Part shown: positions 49,789-64,000 of the stretch, in pieces
Layout of the letters: every line of letters begins with the position of its first letter
How positions within the stretch are numbered: the first letter of the stretch is position 1
NCBI GenBank assembly: GCA_951406725.2
Contig: OX597815.1
Span: 68,696,001 to 68,760,000 of the forward strand
Reading direction: 5' to 3'
DNA from: Octopus vulgaris
Taxonomy: Eukaryota
Length of the DNA: 64,000 nucleotides
The notes under the pieces: model-generated
What the model saw: the letters and a program-made list of their open reading frames with translations, nothing else
Database searches by the model: none
What the model was told of the DNA's origin: nothing
Program-made: the position numbers and the translations under genes

Positions 49789-52069
49789 CTGATCGCAAGC
49801 ATTTATACTTAACAATAACAAATTTGGTAGTGTCATCTTTGGTAATGGTTTCCATGGCTGGATGCCCTTCCTAATGCCAACCACTTTACAGAGTGTATTG
49901 GCTGCTTTTTCCTGCCACTGGCACTAGTGAGGTTGCCATGTAACTTGCAAAGCATAAAAGAACAAAGGAAAAGGAAAGGGAAAAAGCTCCCACTACCAAG
50001 AGTAAGTATTTGGGAGGTAAGATAGAGGTTGGTAGCTTTATGTTAGATGTTGAAAGGCTAAAGTATGATAGAGAGACAAGCATAGGTATCTTGCTATAGA
50101 GAAATTACTTGACTGAAGGAGACAAGAGGAAGGCAGTAATGGAGTCTTAGAGGGAACTTTCAAGTAGCAAGAAGGTGAGCCTAAGAGGGGAGTCAATGAT
50201 AAAATTAATACCAGTCAACTCCTAGGCTTGATATTAACACTTTTGTTACAATATTTCTATTGAAATACACTGCTTTTATTTTGAAACTAATAAAGGGTTT
50301 AATAAAATGACTTTGTTATTATTAAGTTGGTGTTTGGTAGTTAAATTAACATGCAAAGTATTAATTAAGGTCACTTTAAACATGAAGTGTGTATCATAAA
50401 ACCAGGGATGGTCTCAGTTGGATTGGAATCAAAAGGGTTAATCAACTAGCCTCTTGCCCAAATTTGTGACCCTGTGTATATATTAGAAACAAATATTACA
50501 ATATATCCTTGGTATTAGGAAAGACATCTGGCTGTAGAAACTATGCAAAAGTAGACTCTGATGTACAATACATTCCTTACACCCATCAAGTCCTGTGAAA
50601 CTTTCCAACACATAGCAGCATTGAACATGGTTGTTTAAATGATAATGATGATGATGATGATAATGATGACGACGACGACAATGATGATGATGATAATGAC
50701 GGGAGTGTGTGTATGTATATGTGAAGACAAGCTTGTGCACTGCGTTGAGTGATGTGTGCTCCATGCATTTTTGTGTGGGAGTGTGTGAGGCTGTGTAATG
50801 TATGTGTGTGTGAGGCTATCAGATGTGTGTTTGTGTTTGTGTGTGTGTAAGTGTGTGTAAACCCACAAAACTTTTGAAGTTCACAACTGATTTTCTCCAA
50901 ACTGGGAACATATATTACTTATGTACCAGAAATGGTTTTAGACTCTTAAAATTCTTCACATAATGAGTAATGGGGCCCCTGTGGGGAGAAAGCCCCCTTT
51001 CCTGGGGTATGTATGACTGCCCGCATGGCCCACACATTGCTTTTGTTCAAACTGGAAATACAGATACTGAAATGATATAAGTAGGTTGTATTAAATGGAT
51101 GAACCAATGTAGACTTCAAACTGCATTGTCTAAGTGATAGTAATAATAACCTATTCCCATAGTATCATAGGTACCAATTTGTTGGAATAAAAACTGTGTG
51201 GAATGCACTATGTTTATTATGAAAAATATGCCAAAATATGTTAAATCCTGAGCTACTCAACTATTTTCTTTTAGTTTCAGTATCAAAGTCTTACTTTTAA
51301 GCATAGATGAAGCCCATACAAATATTCTTCAGCTATTGATTACAAACCAAAATATTGTATGACAGTGTTGTTTTCAAGCAACAAGTGTTTTGGCCCTTAT
51401 ATCTGACACATCCTCCTGCTTTCCAAAATTATGTCTCCAGCAAGATTTGAACCTGGGTCATTCTTTTTGTGAACTTGTGCTCCCAGGTATATGTGTGTAT
51501 ACACATACACACACGCATGCATGCATACATATCTATAGTACATTAAAAGTGAAGTTCAATCTTTCTTGCTTGCTTGCTTGCAATGTTACACAGCCAAACT
51601 GGCACATAATGGGGAAATACTTTGAAAGTCAAGTGCCCCTGAAATGTGAATACAAATGGAATAAAGCAAGTTTTGCACAAATCAGACTAGTAGTTATTGA
51701 GATATTTGGAGTTTTGGGGTATAAATACCCAAAACAGTGCATAATGGGAAAATACTCCAAAAATAACTTAACCCTGAAAGGAAGAATTCTAACCTTTCCA
51801 TTAGACTCATTATAATCGGCAAAATATTTTTAAGTGAAAATGACTTTACAAATAGGGTAAATATTTCATAATAGACCCATTCGTAAACTCAGTGTGAAAT
51901 AGTTTTCTTCCATAAGTTTCTTTCAAGTGCATTCAATGTATCTCACCTCCAAAGATTTGGCTGTTATTTCTAGGATGCCCTGCCACCACATAACAGTTTT
52001 TTGCAATAAAAGACCCAAAATACCTGTTACGTAGTAGCAGGGCGTGCAAGAAATAGCAGCCAAAAATAC

Positions 52070-52302
52070 AGCGGTGAGTTGGCAGAAACATTAGCACACC
52101 GGGTGAAATGCTTAGCGGTATTTTGTCTGCCGTTATGTTCTGAGTTCAAATTCCGCCGAGGTCGACTTTGCCTTTCATCCTTTCAGGATCGATATATTAA
52201 GTACCAGTTACGCACTGGGGTCGATGTAATCGACTTAATCCCTTTGTCTGTCCTTGTTTGTCCCCTCTATAGTTAGCCCCTTGTGGGCAATAAAGAAATA
52301 AG
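52070..52302 (+). mobile_element. Family A SINE with probable TSD
   Basis: Full-length copy; AAGAAATAGCAGCCAAA occurs at ~52048 and ~52300. Confidence 0.9.
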
Positions 52303-54609
52303 AAATAGCAGCCAAATCTTTCCTTTCTGGGGAAAATGATGGGAATGCAAAAAAAATTCATGAAAAAACTCTGTTGCTGGGAAACTCAGACTTCCCCAGT
52401 GACCCAATGGGTCATGGGTAGTCTAATATAAATAACATGATGATGATGAATATATATGCATATATACATACATACATCTATACATATATATATATATATA
52501 TATATATATGCATACATGGGCACAGGATGTCACAAAACATGTACAACAAAAAATACGACTGGGTGAGTGGGCAGAAGGCAGGGGAGCAGGAGGGCAGGGG
52601 GACAGGAGGACAAGGGGAACAGGGGGCAGGGGGAAGTTTCAAAAGAATGTGTGTAACAAGTAATAGGGAGAGATAAAGGTGCAGCTCGTGGGGAGGGGGG
52701 TCTATGACAGATAGGAGTAATAGGAGGTAACAGAGGTGTGAAGAATGCAGTGTAGCAAAGGGGAGAGTGGAAATGCTGAAGGCACAGAAAGAAGGTGATT
52801 GGTGATGATTGGTGGAAATAGTGGGCAGGGAAGATAATGAGAAATATCAGTGGTTTCTGGTGTGGGGAAGAAGGTAGAGGATGTAGCATGTGCCTATTCT
52901 GCTTTCAGGTGATTATAGCAGCCAAGTAGTACATAGAAGAATGAGATGTGGCAGAAATGCTTGATGAAGCAGAAAGTGTGATGCTGGGACAGAGCCCCAT
53001 TCTTCACACCTCTGTTACCTCCTATTACTCTCATATGCCACACCCAAGTAAGTACTGGTGTTGACAGGTTTGGTTAGAAGACCTCAAAAGTAGTACCCTA
53101 GCATGGTTACAGTTCAATGATCAAAACCAGTTAAAAAATATATATGAGAGAAACAGTGAGAGAATAGAAACAGTGAGAGAAAAGCAATATAATGTTAAAG
53201 AAGAATGACAACTAGTCATTCAGTTGAACTGAACCTGAAGCCAGATGGTTGCATAGTGATCTGCTTAACCACACAGCCAGGCATTTATTTGCTGGAAAAA
53301 AAAATTACAGACTAATACAGAAAAATTTTACATCGAAGAACAATAAAATAAAATTAAAGTTTTGAATTAACTAAAGAACAGCTTGCAATCATGCAAATAT
53401 AAGGGAAATAACTGTGCATATGTTAGATAATCACATACAGTGAAATAGATACTATAGATACTTGGGCAGTTATCTCTCATAGGAGTATGTAATTAAGTGA
53501 AAGTTAATTAATGTCAAAAAATTAAACATTGCCAGATGGATTCTTCAAGCCAAGTCAACTGACAGGAGACTTGGGGGTAAACCAAGAACGAGATGTTTGA
53601 ATATTTATATTCTTAGTTGGTGATACTTTGATATTTATAGTTTTAATCAGTGATACTTGAGAATCCAGCCCGTAAGCCTAATGATGGTTGCTTCTGATAA
53701 GACCCCATGAAGAAGGTATCTGAGGACTCTACCACATCATCCTGCCAGGAGTAGTGGACAGAGAAAATTGATAACTGGAATGGATGACTTCTTCCTTTTT
53801 TTTTTTAAGGTTTTTCCATGGTTCACTGTATTGTTCATGCAGGTTTGGTAACTGTTTCTGATGAGTTGTATTGCACTTGAGCATTGTATACAAGAAGTTC
53901 ATAATTATTATTATAAATAAAAGCAAAAGAAAAAGAAAACATATAATACTAAAAATTTTATATGAAATATAGAAAATTAAAGAAATGAAATATAGAAAAA
54001 AATTAATATGAAATATAGAAAATTAAAGAAATGAAATAGAAAAAAATTAATAATAATTTTTTTCTCTTAATTTTTGGTTCAAAATATCATGACCACAGCA
54101 GAGCCAAAGTCCTGTGACTGGAACCAAGAAAAGAATAAAGTCTGTTAATAGATTTTTCAGTCACATTCAGAAGACATTTGTGCTTAATATTACGGTGTTT
54201 ACTCTATGGAGAGAATAAACCAGTATATTTCAGAAATCTGTTTGACCCATGCAAGCATGGAAAAATGGATGTATGTATGCATGTATGTTCTTTTTCGTTA
54301 TCACTTAGAGAACAGCACACACCATCAAAGTGATGCTGGAGTACAAATATACAAAGCCCAATATGCCCGTCATAACTATCCATCTGTTACCAATGGTAGT
54401 GTCAGTGAAAAAAAGTTTTTTTACAATCTGTGCATAAGACATTCAAATGATCACAATTCAGATTTTTAATTGATGAAGGATGGTAACAATTGAAATGGTT
54501 CTGGGTGGTAAGAAAAATTAGTGGTATCTAGGAAGATCTACAGTTAGAGATATGAAGATGGTAGTGGGGTGTCTTGATAAAGCAACTTGGTGAAATGCTC
54601 ACACACACG

Positions 54610-54654
<45 letters not shown>

Positions 54655-54959
54655 CTCTTCTTGTACTCAGTTTTGCTAAGTTATGTGAATCTTCTGAAAA
54701 ACCACATATTGCCAGTCATCCCACTCCTTTGTCATTTCGTCAGTGATGTTCAAGACTCTAAGATCAGCCTTCACTACCGAGGTCAACTTTCTAGGTCAAC
54801 TATTTTTAGTGACCCATCCATGTATTTAAGACTATTTATTTCTAGTGTGTTTATAGTATGTAATGCTCTTGTGCATCTATCATATACAAAGTTTATGTTA
54901 TCTGATAGTCTACCTATTATTCAACTTCATCTCTTATGTATCCATAGTTTACATTGAGT

Positions 54960-55405
54960 ACAGCATATGATTTATACCTACTCCCTGAAGGTACCAGAGT
55001 CCTGCCTTCTTTTCTGCTTTACTAAAATTTTTGTCTGTGCTATATTTACCTTAAATCCTCTCTATTATAGGTCAGATTCCAAATTGGGAATGTCCTCTCT
55101 GATTCCTCTATAGAGTCTGCTATGAAAACTGAATCACCAGCATATAAAAGTTTCCATGGACAGCCAGTGTTGAATCCCCTTGTGATGGCCTATAGGACTC
55201 TTGTGAATAAGAGCGGACTGAGGACTGAGCCTTGATAGGCTCCAGCTCTCATTCTACATTTGTCATCAAAGTCACTGTTAACTCTAACTTTACTGCATCT
55301 TTGTAAATGGGCTATACAGCACTCACTAACCATTTGTCAACGACTAGATTCCTTAGTGACCACCAGTGACAGGGTACATAGTACCTTGTCAAATGCCTTC
55401 TCCAA
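54960..55405 (-). mobile_element. Old RTE RT fragment
   Basis: Reverse complement gives [29 protein letters not shown]. Confidence 0.75.
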
Positions 55406-55443
55406 ATCATATATATATAGAACCACAATTAAAGGTTCCATAC

Positions 55444-55488
55444 CTCATTCAGGGATAGCAAAATCCTATGAAAACACTGGTTAATTAC
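55444..55488 (-). CDS. Unidentified gene, putative exon (45 nt, phase 0 to 0): VINQCFHRILLSLNE
   Basis: Acceptor actctttgtatag|, donor GAG|gtatgg; open in phase 0. Confidence 0.5.
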
Positions 55489-56267
55489 CTATACAAAGAG
55501 TATTGAACATTCTATTTAATGCTCCACTGCAAGGTAACTATATAAACTGTGGTTTATATATATTTTATTTATTATAATGATAAGATGAAAGAATAGAAAA
55601 GTAATTAATAAATTCTTATTTATTCATTAAAACATTGACAAACATCCCTTACAGCTGTTTTAATTCAGGCTCTCAGAAAATTAATTAAGTTTAAAATTAT
55701 TTGAAAGCTGAATCTCTTCAGAGGTAGATAAAGGTATAAAAAGTAGGTGTTCAATTTCCTCATACTGAGTAAACAGTTTGCAGGACATGTCATGTGTGTG
55801 TGTAAGAAAAACCCCCACCTAAAAACATCTTTAGTGTTTATACCGATCTGTCAAATGTAATGCTTATTTGTTCACGTTTTTTTGAATTATTTGGGTTCAA
55901 GAGGGGTGTCCACAATATTTGCTTGTAACCTTGTAAATTTTTTACATACAGATTTGAAATTTTGTCAGTGGGTGCTTTATGTACCACTGGTTTACAGTTA
56001 TGTAATTTTAGCTGATCATGTTGAGTAAATTTGACTTTAATGGGCAGGTAAATTTAATTAACAGGTGTAAAAGCAGTAACATTATGGATAAACACTAAAA
56101 TTGAAATTCTCAATGCATCTTACCATTTTCATTTGTTACTAAAATTATGCCAGATGGCAATCGACAAAAATTTTGCCACTTCACAATATGAGGTACATTA
56201 ATTTGAATTAATTCAAATATAGGTATAATCAGTGCAAAATTTTAATCTTTCAGTAGATATTTCATAC

Positions 56268-56333
56268 CTCGGTGTGCAACAATTTTTTTCTACAGTGTCT
56301 TTCAGGTGCATTGATATCTGACCTCCAAACATG
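56268..56333 (-). CDS. Unidentified gene, putative exon (66 nt, phase 0 to 0): HVWRSDINAPERHCRKKLLHTE
   Basis: Acceptor ggcttgcag|, donor GAG|gtatga; a second frame is also open, so the frame is inferred from downstream exons. Confidence 0.42.
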
Positions 56334-56539
56334 CTGCAAGCCACTTTTTTCCAGAAAAGATAATAATAAGTGATGTTATATCAGGGTTGAAAGAATGAGG
56401 GGTACAATATTAAATATGCTAAGACAATCTGAAAACAAAAGAAACTTTTAAATGTTTCCCGTTTTTAAGAAATTTTTGAATTAACAGACAAGAGTTAATA
56501 GAAGCTAAATATAACGGAAGTTAATTAGTCTACTCTTTT

Positions 56540-56781
56540 TACTCTCTTTTACTCTTTTACTTGTTTCAGTCATTTGACTGCGGTCATGTTGGAGTACCAC
56601 CTTTAGTCGAATAAAATCGACCACAGGACTTATTCTTTGTAAGCCAAGTACTTATTCTATCAGTCTCTTTTTACCGAACCGCTAAGTTACATGGACGTAG
56701 ACACACCAGCATCGGTTGTCAAGCAATGGTGGGGGACAAACACAGACACAAACAACAAATACATAATACATATGTATATAC

Positions 56782-56845
<64 letters not shown>

Positions 56846-57008
56846 ACGGGCTTCTTTCAGTTTCCATCTACCAAATTCACTCACAAGCCTTTGGTCAGCT
56901 CGAAGCCATAAAAGAAGACACTTGCCCAAGGTACCATGCAGTAGGACAGAACCCGGAACAATGTGGTTGGGAAGCAAGCTTCTTACCACACAGCCACTCC
57001 TGCGCCTA
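56540..57008 (-). mobile_element. Family B SINE with expanded internal (AT)n
   Basis: Reverse complement of family B, head TAGGCGCAGGAGTGGCTGTGTGGTAAG. Confidence 0.88.
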
Positions 57009-57114
57009 TAGCCTGATAATGATTTTCAAAGTTAACTTTTAGTTAAATTGTTAACAAAAATGTTAACTTAGTTAATTAACGATTAACAGACTTATGCCCA
57101 GCTCTGTGTGTGTT

Positions 57115-59102
<1,988 letters not shown>

Positions 59103-59113
59103 AAATATGTGTA

Positions 59114-59144
<31 letters not shown>

Positions 59145-60220
59145 CTGTGTTTATTGTACCTAATAACAATAAATCAAAAATTGAGAGAATAAGAAAGAAA
59201 ATTAGTAAATTTTTCAAAGATTTCAACCTAGGTATTACATATGAATATAATACCAAGATAATGAATTTTCTAGACATTACCTTGGACTTAAATTCAAAGT
59301 TATATCACCCATTTAGAAAGAAGGGTGAAGTTACCAGATACGTAAATAAATTATCTAATCACCCCCCTAATATACTAAAATCAATAGTGAAAAATATTTC
59401 TCAGAGAATTTCAAAATTATCATCGAATATTGAAATTTTTGACTCTTACTCGAATCATTATAATGTTGCATTATCCAGGGCTGGATACAACCAGGAAATC
59501 ACCTTCCTAGATCTTGATAACATAAATCTCTTAAAAGATGAAGTGAATGTAAATAGCTCAAGTAATATAGAATCTCATACTCTAAATAAACATAAATCAA
59601 TAGAAGAAAAGAACCTAGTATATAAACTCAATAATATGAACGAAAATAGTAAACAGCGCGGCCTTCAGGCTAAAACATTTTTAAGGATTTAAGGATTTAT
59701 AGATAAAATAAATGTAAATAATAATATAAAAATCTCTCCCATAAAGAAAAAACCTAATAAACATAAATGAATAATGAATCTCATAAGATAACATTAATCT
59801 TTCCCACTCTTACTCAAATAAAAAATACAAAAGAAAAAATGTTATTTGGTTAAATATCCCCTTCAACTGTGTGATCTAAAATGAATAATGAATCTCATAA
59901 GATAACATTAATCTTTCCCACTCTTACTCAAATAAAAAATACAAATGAAAAAATGTTATTTGGTTAAATATCCCCTTCAACTAAGCGATCTCTACGAATA
60001 TATACAGTAGATTTATGTCTATACTGGAAAAAAACTTCCTAGCTTCCTATAAATATTATAAAATAATTTTCTAAGAAATCAGTAAGAATATCATATTCTA
60101 CTCTTCCAAATATGGCTACCATAATAGCTAGACTTAATAGTAAAAATATAAAGTTAGCTAGAGATAGAATAAATAGTAACAACAATAATAATAATAATAA
60201 AAATAGCAATAATAATAATG

Positions 60221-60266
<46 letters not shown>

Positions 60267-62317
60267 TAATAATGATTATAATAATAATAATGATAATAAT
60301 AATAATAATAACAACATTAATATAAATAGTGATAATAACAACATCAATAATATAGGTAGTATAGATAAAAATGTAGTAGGTGAGGATAGTGAGAATAGAT
60401 TAATAACTAGTAACCCCAGTTTACATAACAATATAACTACTATTAGAGGAAATAACACTAATACTAATAACAACTCGAGTAACGGAAATGAAAACGAATT
60501 GTCCATAAATAATACTAGTACTAGGAATTATCCCCCCAGTTGTAATTGTAGGATTAGATCAAAATGTCCGGTCTATGGCCGCTGTTTGGTCCAAAATATA
60601 ATTTATAAATGTACAATAGTGACTTCAAATAACAACTATCTTTATTTCGGTTGTTTGGTAGATTTTAAAAAACATTTAAACAATCATTTTATCTCCTTTA
60701 GGCTTAAACACAAGGCAGGTTTCACAACATTGTCTAGTAAAATTTGGGAACTGAAAAGGAATAATATAGAATTTAACCTGAAATGGGAAATAGTAAGAAA
60801 AGCACGGCCCTATAAAAATAGTAGAGATGGTTGTGAACTTGGTTCTATGGAAACATAGGAAATTTTAAAACATAGGAATAATACAAATCTGTTAAATAAC
60901 CGTTCTGAACTAGGAGTATCTTGCATACATCGCACAACCCGTGCGTTTAAATATTTTAAATAATAATATTGTGACCATTCCTAGATTTTTAAAACTCTAA
61001 TTCTTTATAACAAAATAAGAATGAATATACCATACTAGCTTTTAATTCAACATGCATAGATTACTAAAAAACTTCATTGCATATTTAGAATTAAATTCTC
61101 TTTTTTTTTATAATCTCCTATATTAAATAGTATATATTCTATGTCCCTAAAGAAACAACTCAGTTCACCTTGATTACCTCACTTCCATTTCTTAATATAT
61201 CATTAACCCAGGATATTTTTACCTAACTAATTAGCTTTTTTCCGCAGGTAGTAAATATTATGTCTAACAGATTCTATAATTTAATTCATTAATAACAATT
61301 CACTATATTCACTATCAACTAAATCTGAGTAATTTACTCTTCTTAATTACTTCTCTTCATAAAAATAAATCACCTTCTATTAATCCTTAGAAAATTATTC
61401 ATCTTGCTTACTCCTCTTCCAGTTTTTCTAATATATATATTTGACCCCTAATATATTCACTTTATTAATAAGACTTTTGTCCTCAGTTATTGAGTATTAT
61501 GCCTACTCATAATAAATTATAGATTTTTCTCCAAAATGAATAAATATTAGATTTATAATTTCTCCTTCAATCCAACGTATCAAAATATTCAACACCTACC
61601 AGCTAAGTATAAAGCTGATGTATATAAGTATAAAGGGATCTCTGTATTCTCTATAACTTTTTGATATATAGGTGGTCACTGTGACCATTTGACATTGACC
61701 TAGTTTTCTTAATACAAAATCTGTTTGCCAAATAATAGTAAACAGCTTCTAGGGCATTACAATCCCCTCTCTACCTTAATTTCTTTAGGAAGAACTTTTG
61801 ACATTTATTTCACCCCTATTTCTATAAATAGAAAATCTTGTTTGTCTCCTTTCAACTGATTATACTGCCCAACCTTCTAGCAGTTCAAAATAACTTAATG
61901 AATATTCTTCCGTCAGAAGATAAATTCTACTACCATAATGTTCTTAAAATTTAAATCGACACTTTTGTCTATATATCAACCATCTCTATAATGTTATCAA
62001 TTGATATGAAAATTATGTATTAATGGAAAACCTCTATAAATGGCTGATGATTGCTCAATATTTTAAAACTGTTGTAATACTTACAATATTTAATAAAATG
62101 ATGTAGAGTGAAACGATTGTACCAAATTACCGAAGTTATTCTTGTTGCTTATTTTGATTATATATATATATACATACATACATAAAAACATACACACACG
62201 CATACATACATTCATACACACATACATATTGTTTGTTTTTATTTATATGTTATATATGACAGGTCTGATGATGGCTTTGCTGAGTAAAACTTCAAAGTCA
62301 ATGTTAATACTATTCGT

Positions 62318-62320
<3 letters not shown>
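59145..62320 (+). mobile_element. Penelope-like element, Naiad-like, 5'-truncated and decayed
   Basis: RT end FLDITLDL...YHPFRK...YVNKLSNHPPNILKSI; linker CNCRIRSKC (CxCx5C) at 60541; GIY-YIG variant IIYKC...YLYFG; HFISFR, LSSKIW, W, LLNNRSEL..SCIH; hammerhead-like motifs in the 3' region. Confidence 0.85.
62041..62124 (+). ncRNA. Type I hammerhead ribozyme-like motif with intact core
   Basis: TGG-CTGATGA-TT-GCTC...GAGT-GAAAC-GATT-GTA-CCA; stem I only 3 bp, enlarged stem II with inner TTGTAA/TTACAA hairpin. Confidence 0.55.
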
Positions 62321-62361
<41 letters not shown>

Positions 62362-62367
62362 GTATAA

Positions 62368-62887
<520 letters not shown>

Positions 62888-62888
<1 letters not shown>

Positions 62889-63460
62889 AAAGTAATGACT
62901 TTTTACCAACATAATGTGGCAGTCCCAGGACATAGAACTTTTTGTTTTTGTGTCATATAGCCAGCAGGAAATGATGTTTCTTGAGGCTTAATAACTAACA
63001 TTCCTCCCATCCTGTGACTGCCACATTCTATTGGCAAAACGTCATTACTTTATGGTGCTGTTACTGTATATTTTTCTTTGAGAGATTTAGAAATAATAAT
63101 ATTTCTATTTTGTAGCTCAGTGACTGTCTGTCACTTTGAAATCTATATATGTTCAACAGCAGTTCAGTAGCAACATCTAGCCAACCAAGCTACTCCATGC
63201 TGATAAAGGGAAATAACCCAGAAACTGGTTAATGGATGCAAAGTTGTGCTGGGTGGAGATACTGATCTTCGGTGTTTGAAAATGTAAGGACACAGAACTT
63301 TTTGTGTCATATAGCCAGCTGATGTTTCCCGGGGCTAAATAACAGTCACATTCATACCATTCTGGGACTGCCACATTATGTTAGCAAAAATCATTACTTC
63401 ATGGTGCTGTTGCTATATATTTCTTTTTGAGAGATTTAGAAATAAATTATTTCTATTCCA
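62888..63460. repeat. Element with ~180-bp diverged direct repeats and a 43-bp inverted repeat
   Basis: 62927-63110 resembles 63287-63458; 62888-62930 is the reverse complement of 63010-63052 (about 5 mismatches). Confidence 0.8.
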
Positions 63461-64000
63461 TATATATATTACACACACACATATACACAATTGACTTCTT
63501 TCAATTTTTGTTTACACATAAGGCTTTAGTCAACCTGCTGCTATGATAGAAGATACTTACCCACAGTGCCAGGCAGTGGAACATCTTAACCCGGCAATGT
63601 AGTGAGTTCTTAACCAAATCATTTCATTTTATGTTGCTCTATGTCATTCCAACATAAATAAGTAGCATTGGAGTTAAATCTCTGATGGAGTAGCATCCTG
63701 TTCAGGAAAGAATTTATATTCAGAATTACTTAGATACCATGGAAACCAGAATAAGTTCTGATATAATGAGCCTGTAGTTTTCAGATAGAGTTAAAATCTT
63801 CTTTTTCTTTTAACTTCATGGGTTGCAGAGGTGACATATGTAACTCCTAGTATTTTTGTTTACCTCTGTATAGCATTTTTACAGGATGTAGTGAAAATTT
63901 AATTGAATTTGATCTCAAGCGTTACTGCTAAGGGAGATAATTGATTTGATTGGCAGTATTCAAATTAGTTGTTTCAGGGACTAGTTTCTAAGGGTTGATG

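Noticed and set aside
53960-54052. ~45-bp tandem duplication in A-rich sequence
   Set aside because: Two-copy local slippage in low-complexity DNA with no further structure
60860-62320. SECIS element or selenoprotein recoding in the Naiad-like element
   Set aside because: The visible endonuclease interruption is TAG, not TGA; the ATGA-stem at 62268 lacks the 3' GA of the quartet and fits a hammerhead stem II better
63855-63930. Further exon of the unidentified gene (donor AG|gtaaac)
   Set aside because: All frames from the nearest acceptors contain stops

Overview
AT-rich, repeat-dense animal genomic DNA. The SINE/RTE repertoire and huge (AT)n arrays look like an octopus (coleoid cephalopod) genome; this is inference, no search was run. 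Two spliced genes can be built by hand on the minus strand. (1) A GOLM1/GOLM2(CASC4)-family Golgi type II membrane protein with four phase-consistent coding exons (41694-41308, 21293-21239, 7426-7378, 5861-5718) that continues off the left edge. Its CpG-rich 5' region has three ATGGCGGC motifs and two odd short upstream ORFs. (2) The 3' end of an unidentified gene: four short phase-consistent exons from 56333 to 46558 plus an AATAAA signal. The rest is mostly transposon fossils: RTE and CR1/L2-type LINEs, several tRNA-derived SINE families, Tc1/mariner and piggyBac-like elements, an LTR remnant, and Penelope-like elements (one Naiad-like). The most notable structures are hammerhead-ribozyme motifs in the Penelope-like elements, one sitting just downstream of a tRNA-like Pol III cassette, plus several fold-back elements and nested or inverted insertions. 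Most ORFs in the supplied track are microsatellite or antisense artefacts. Repeat boundaries are approximate; exon boundaries were counted by hand.
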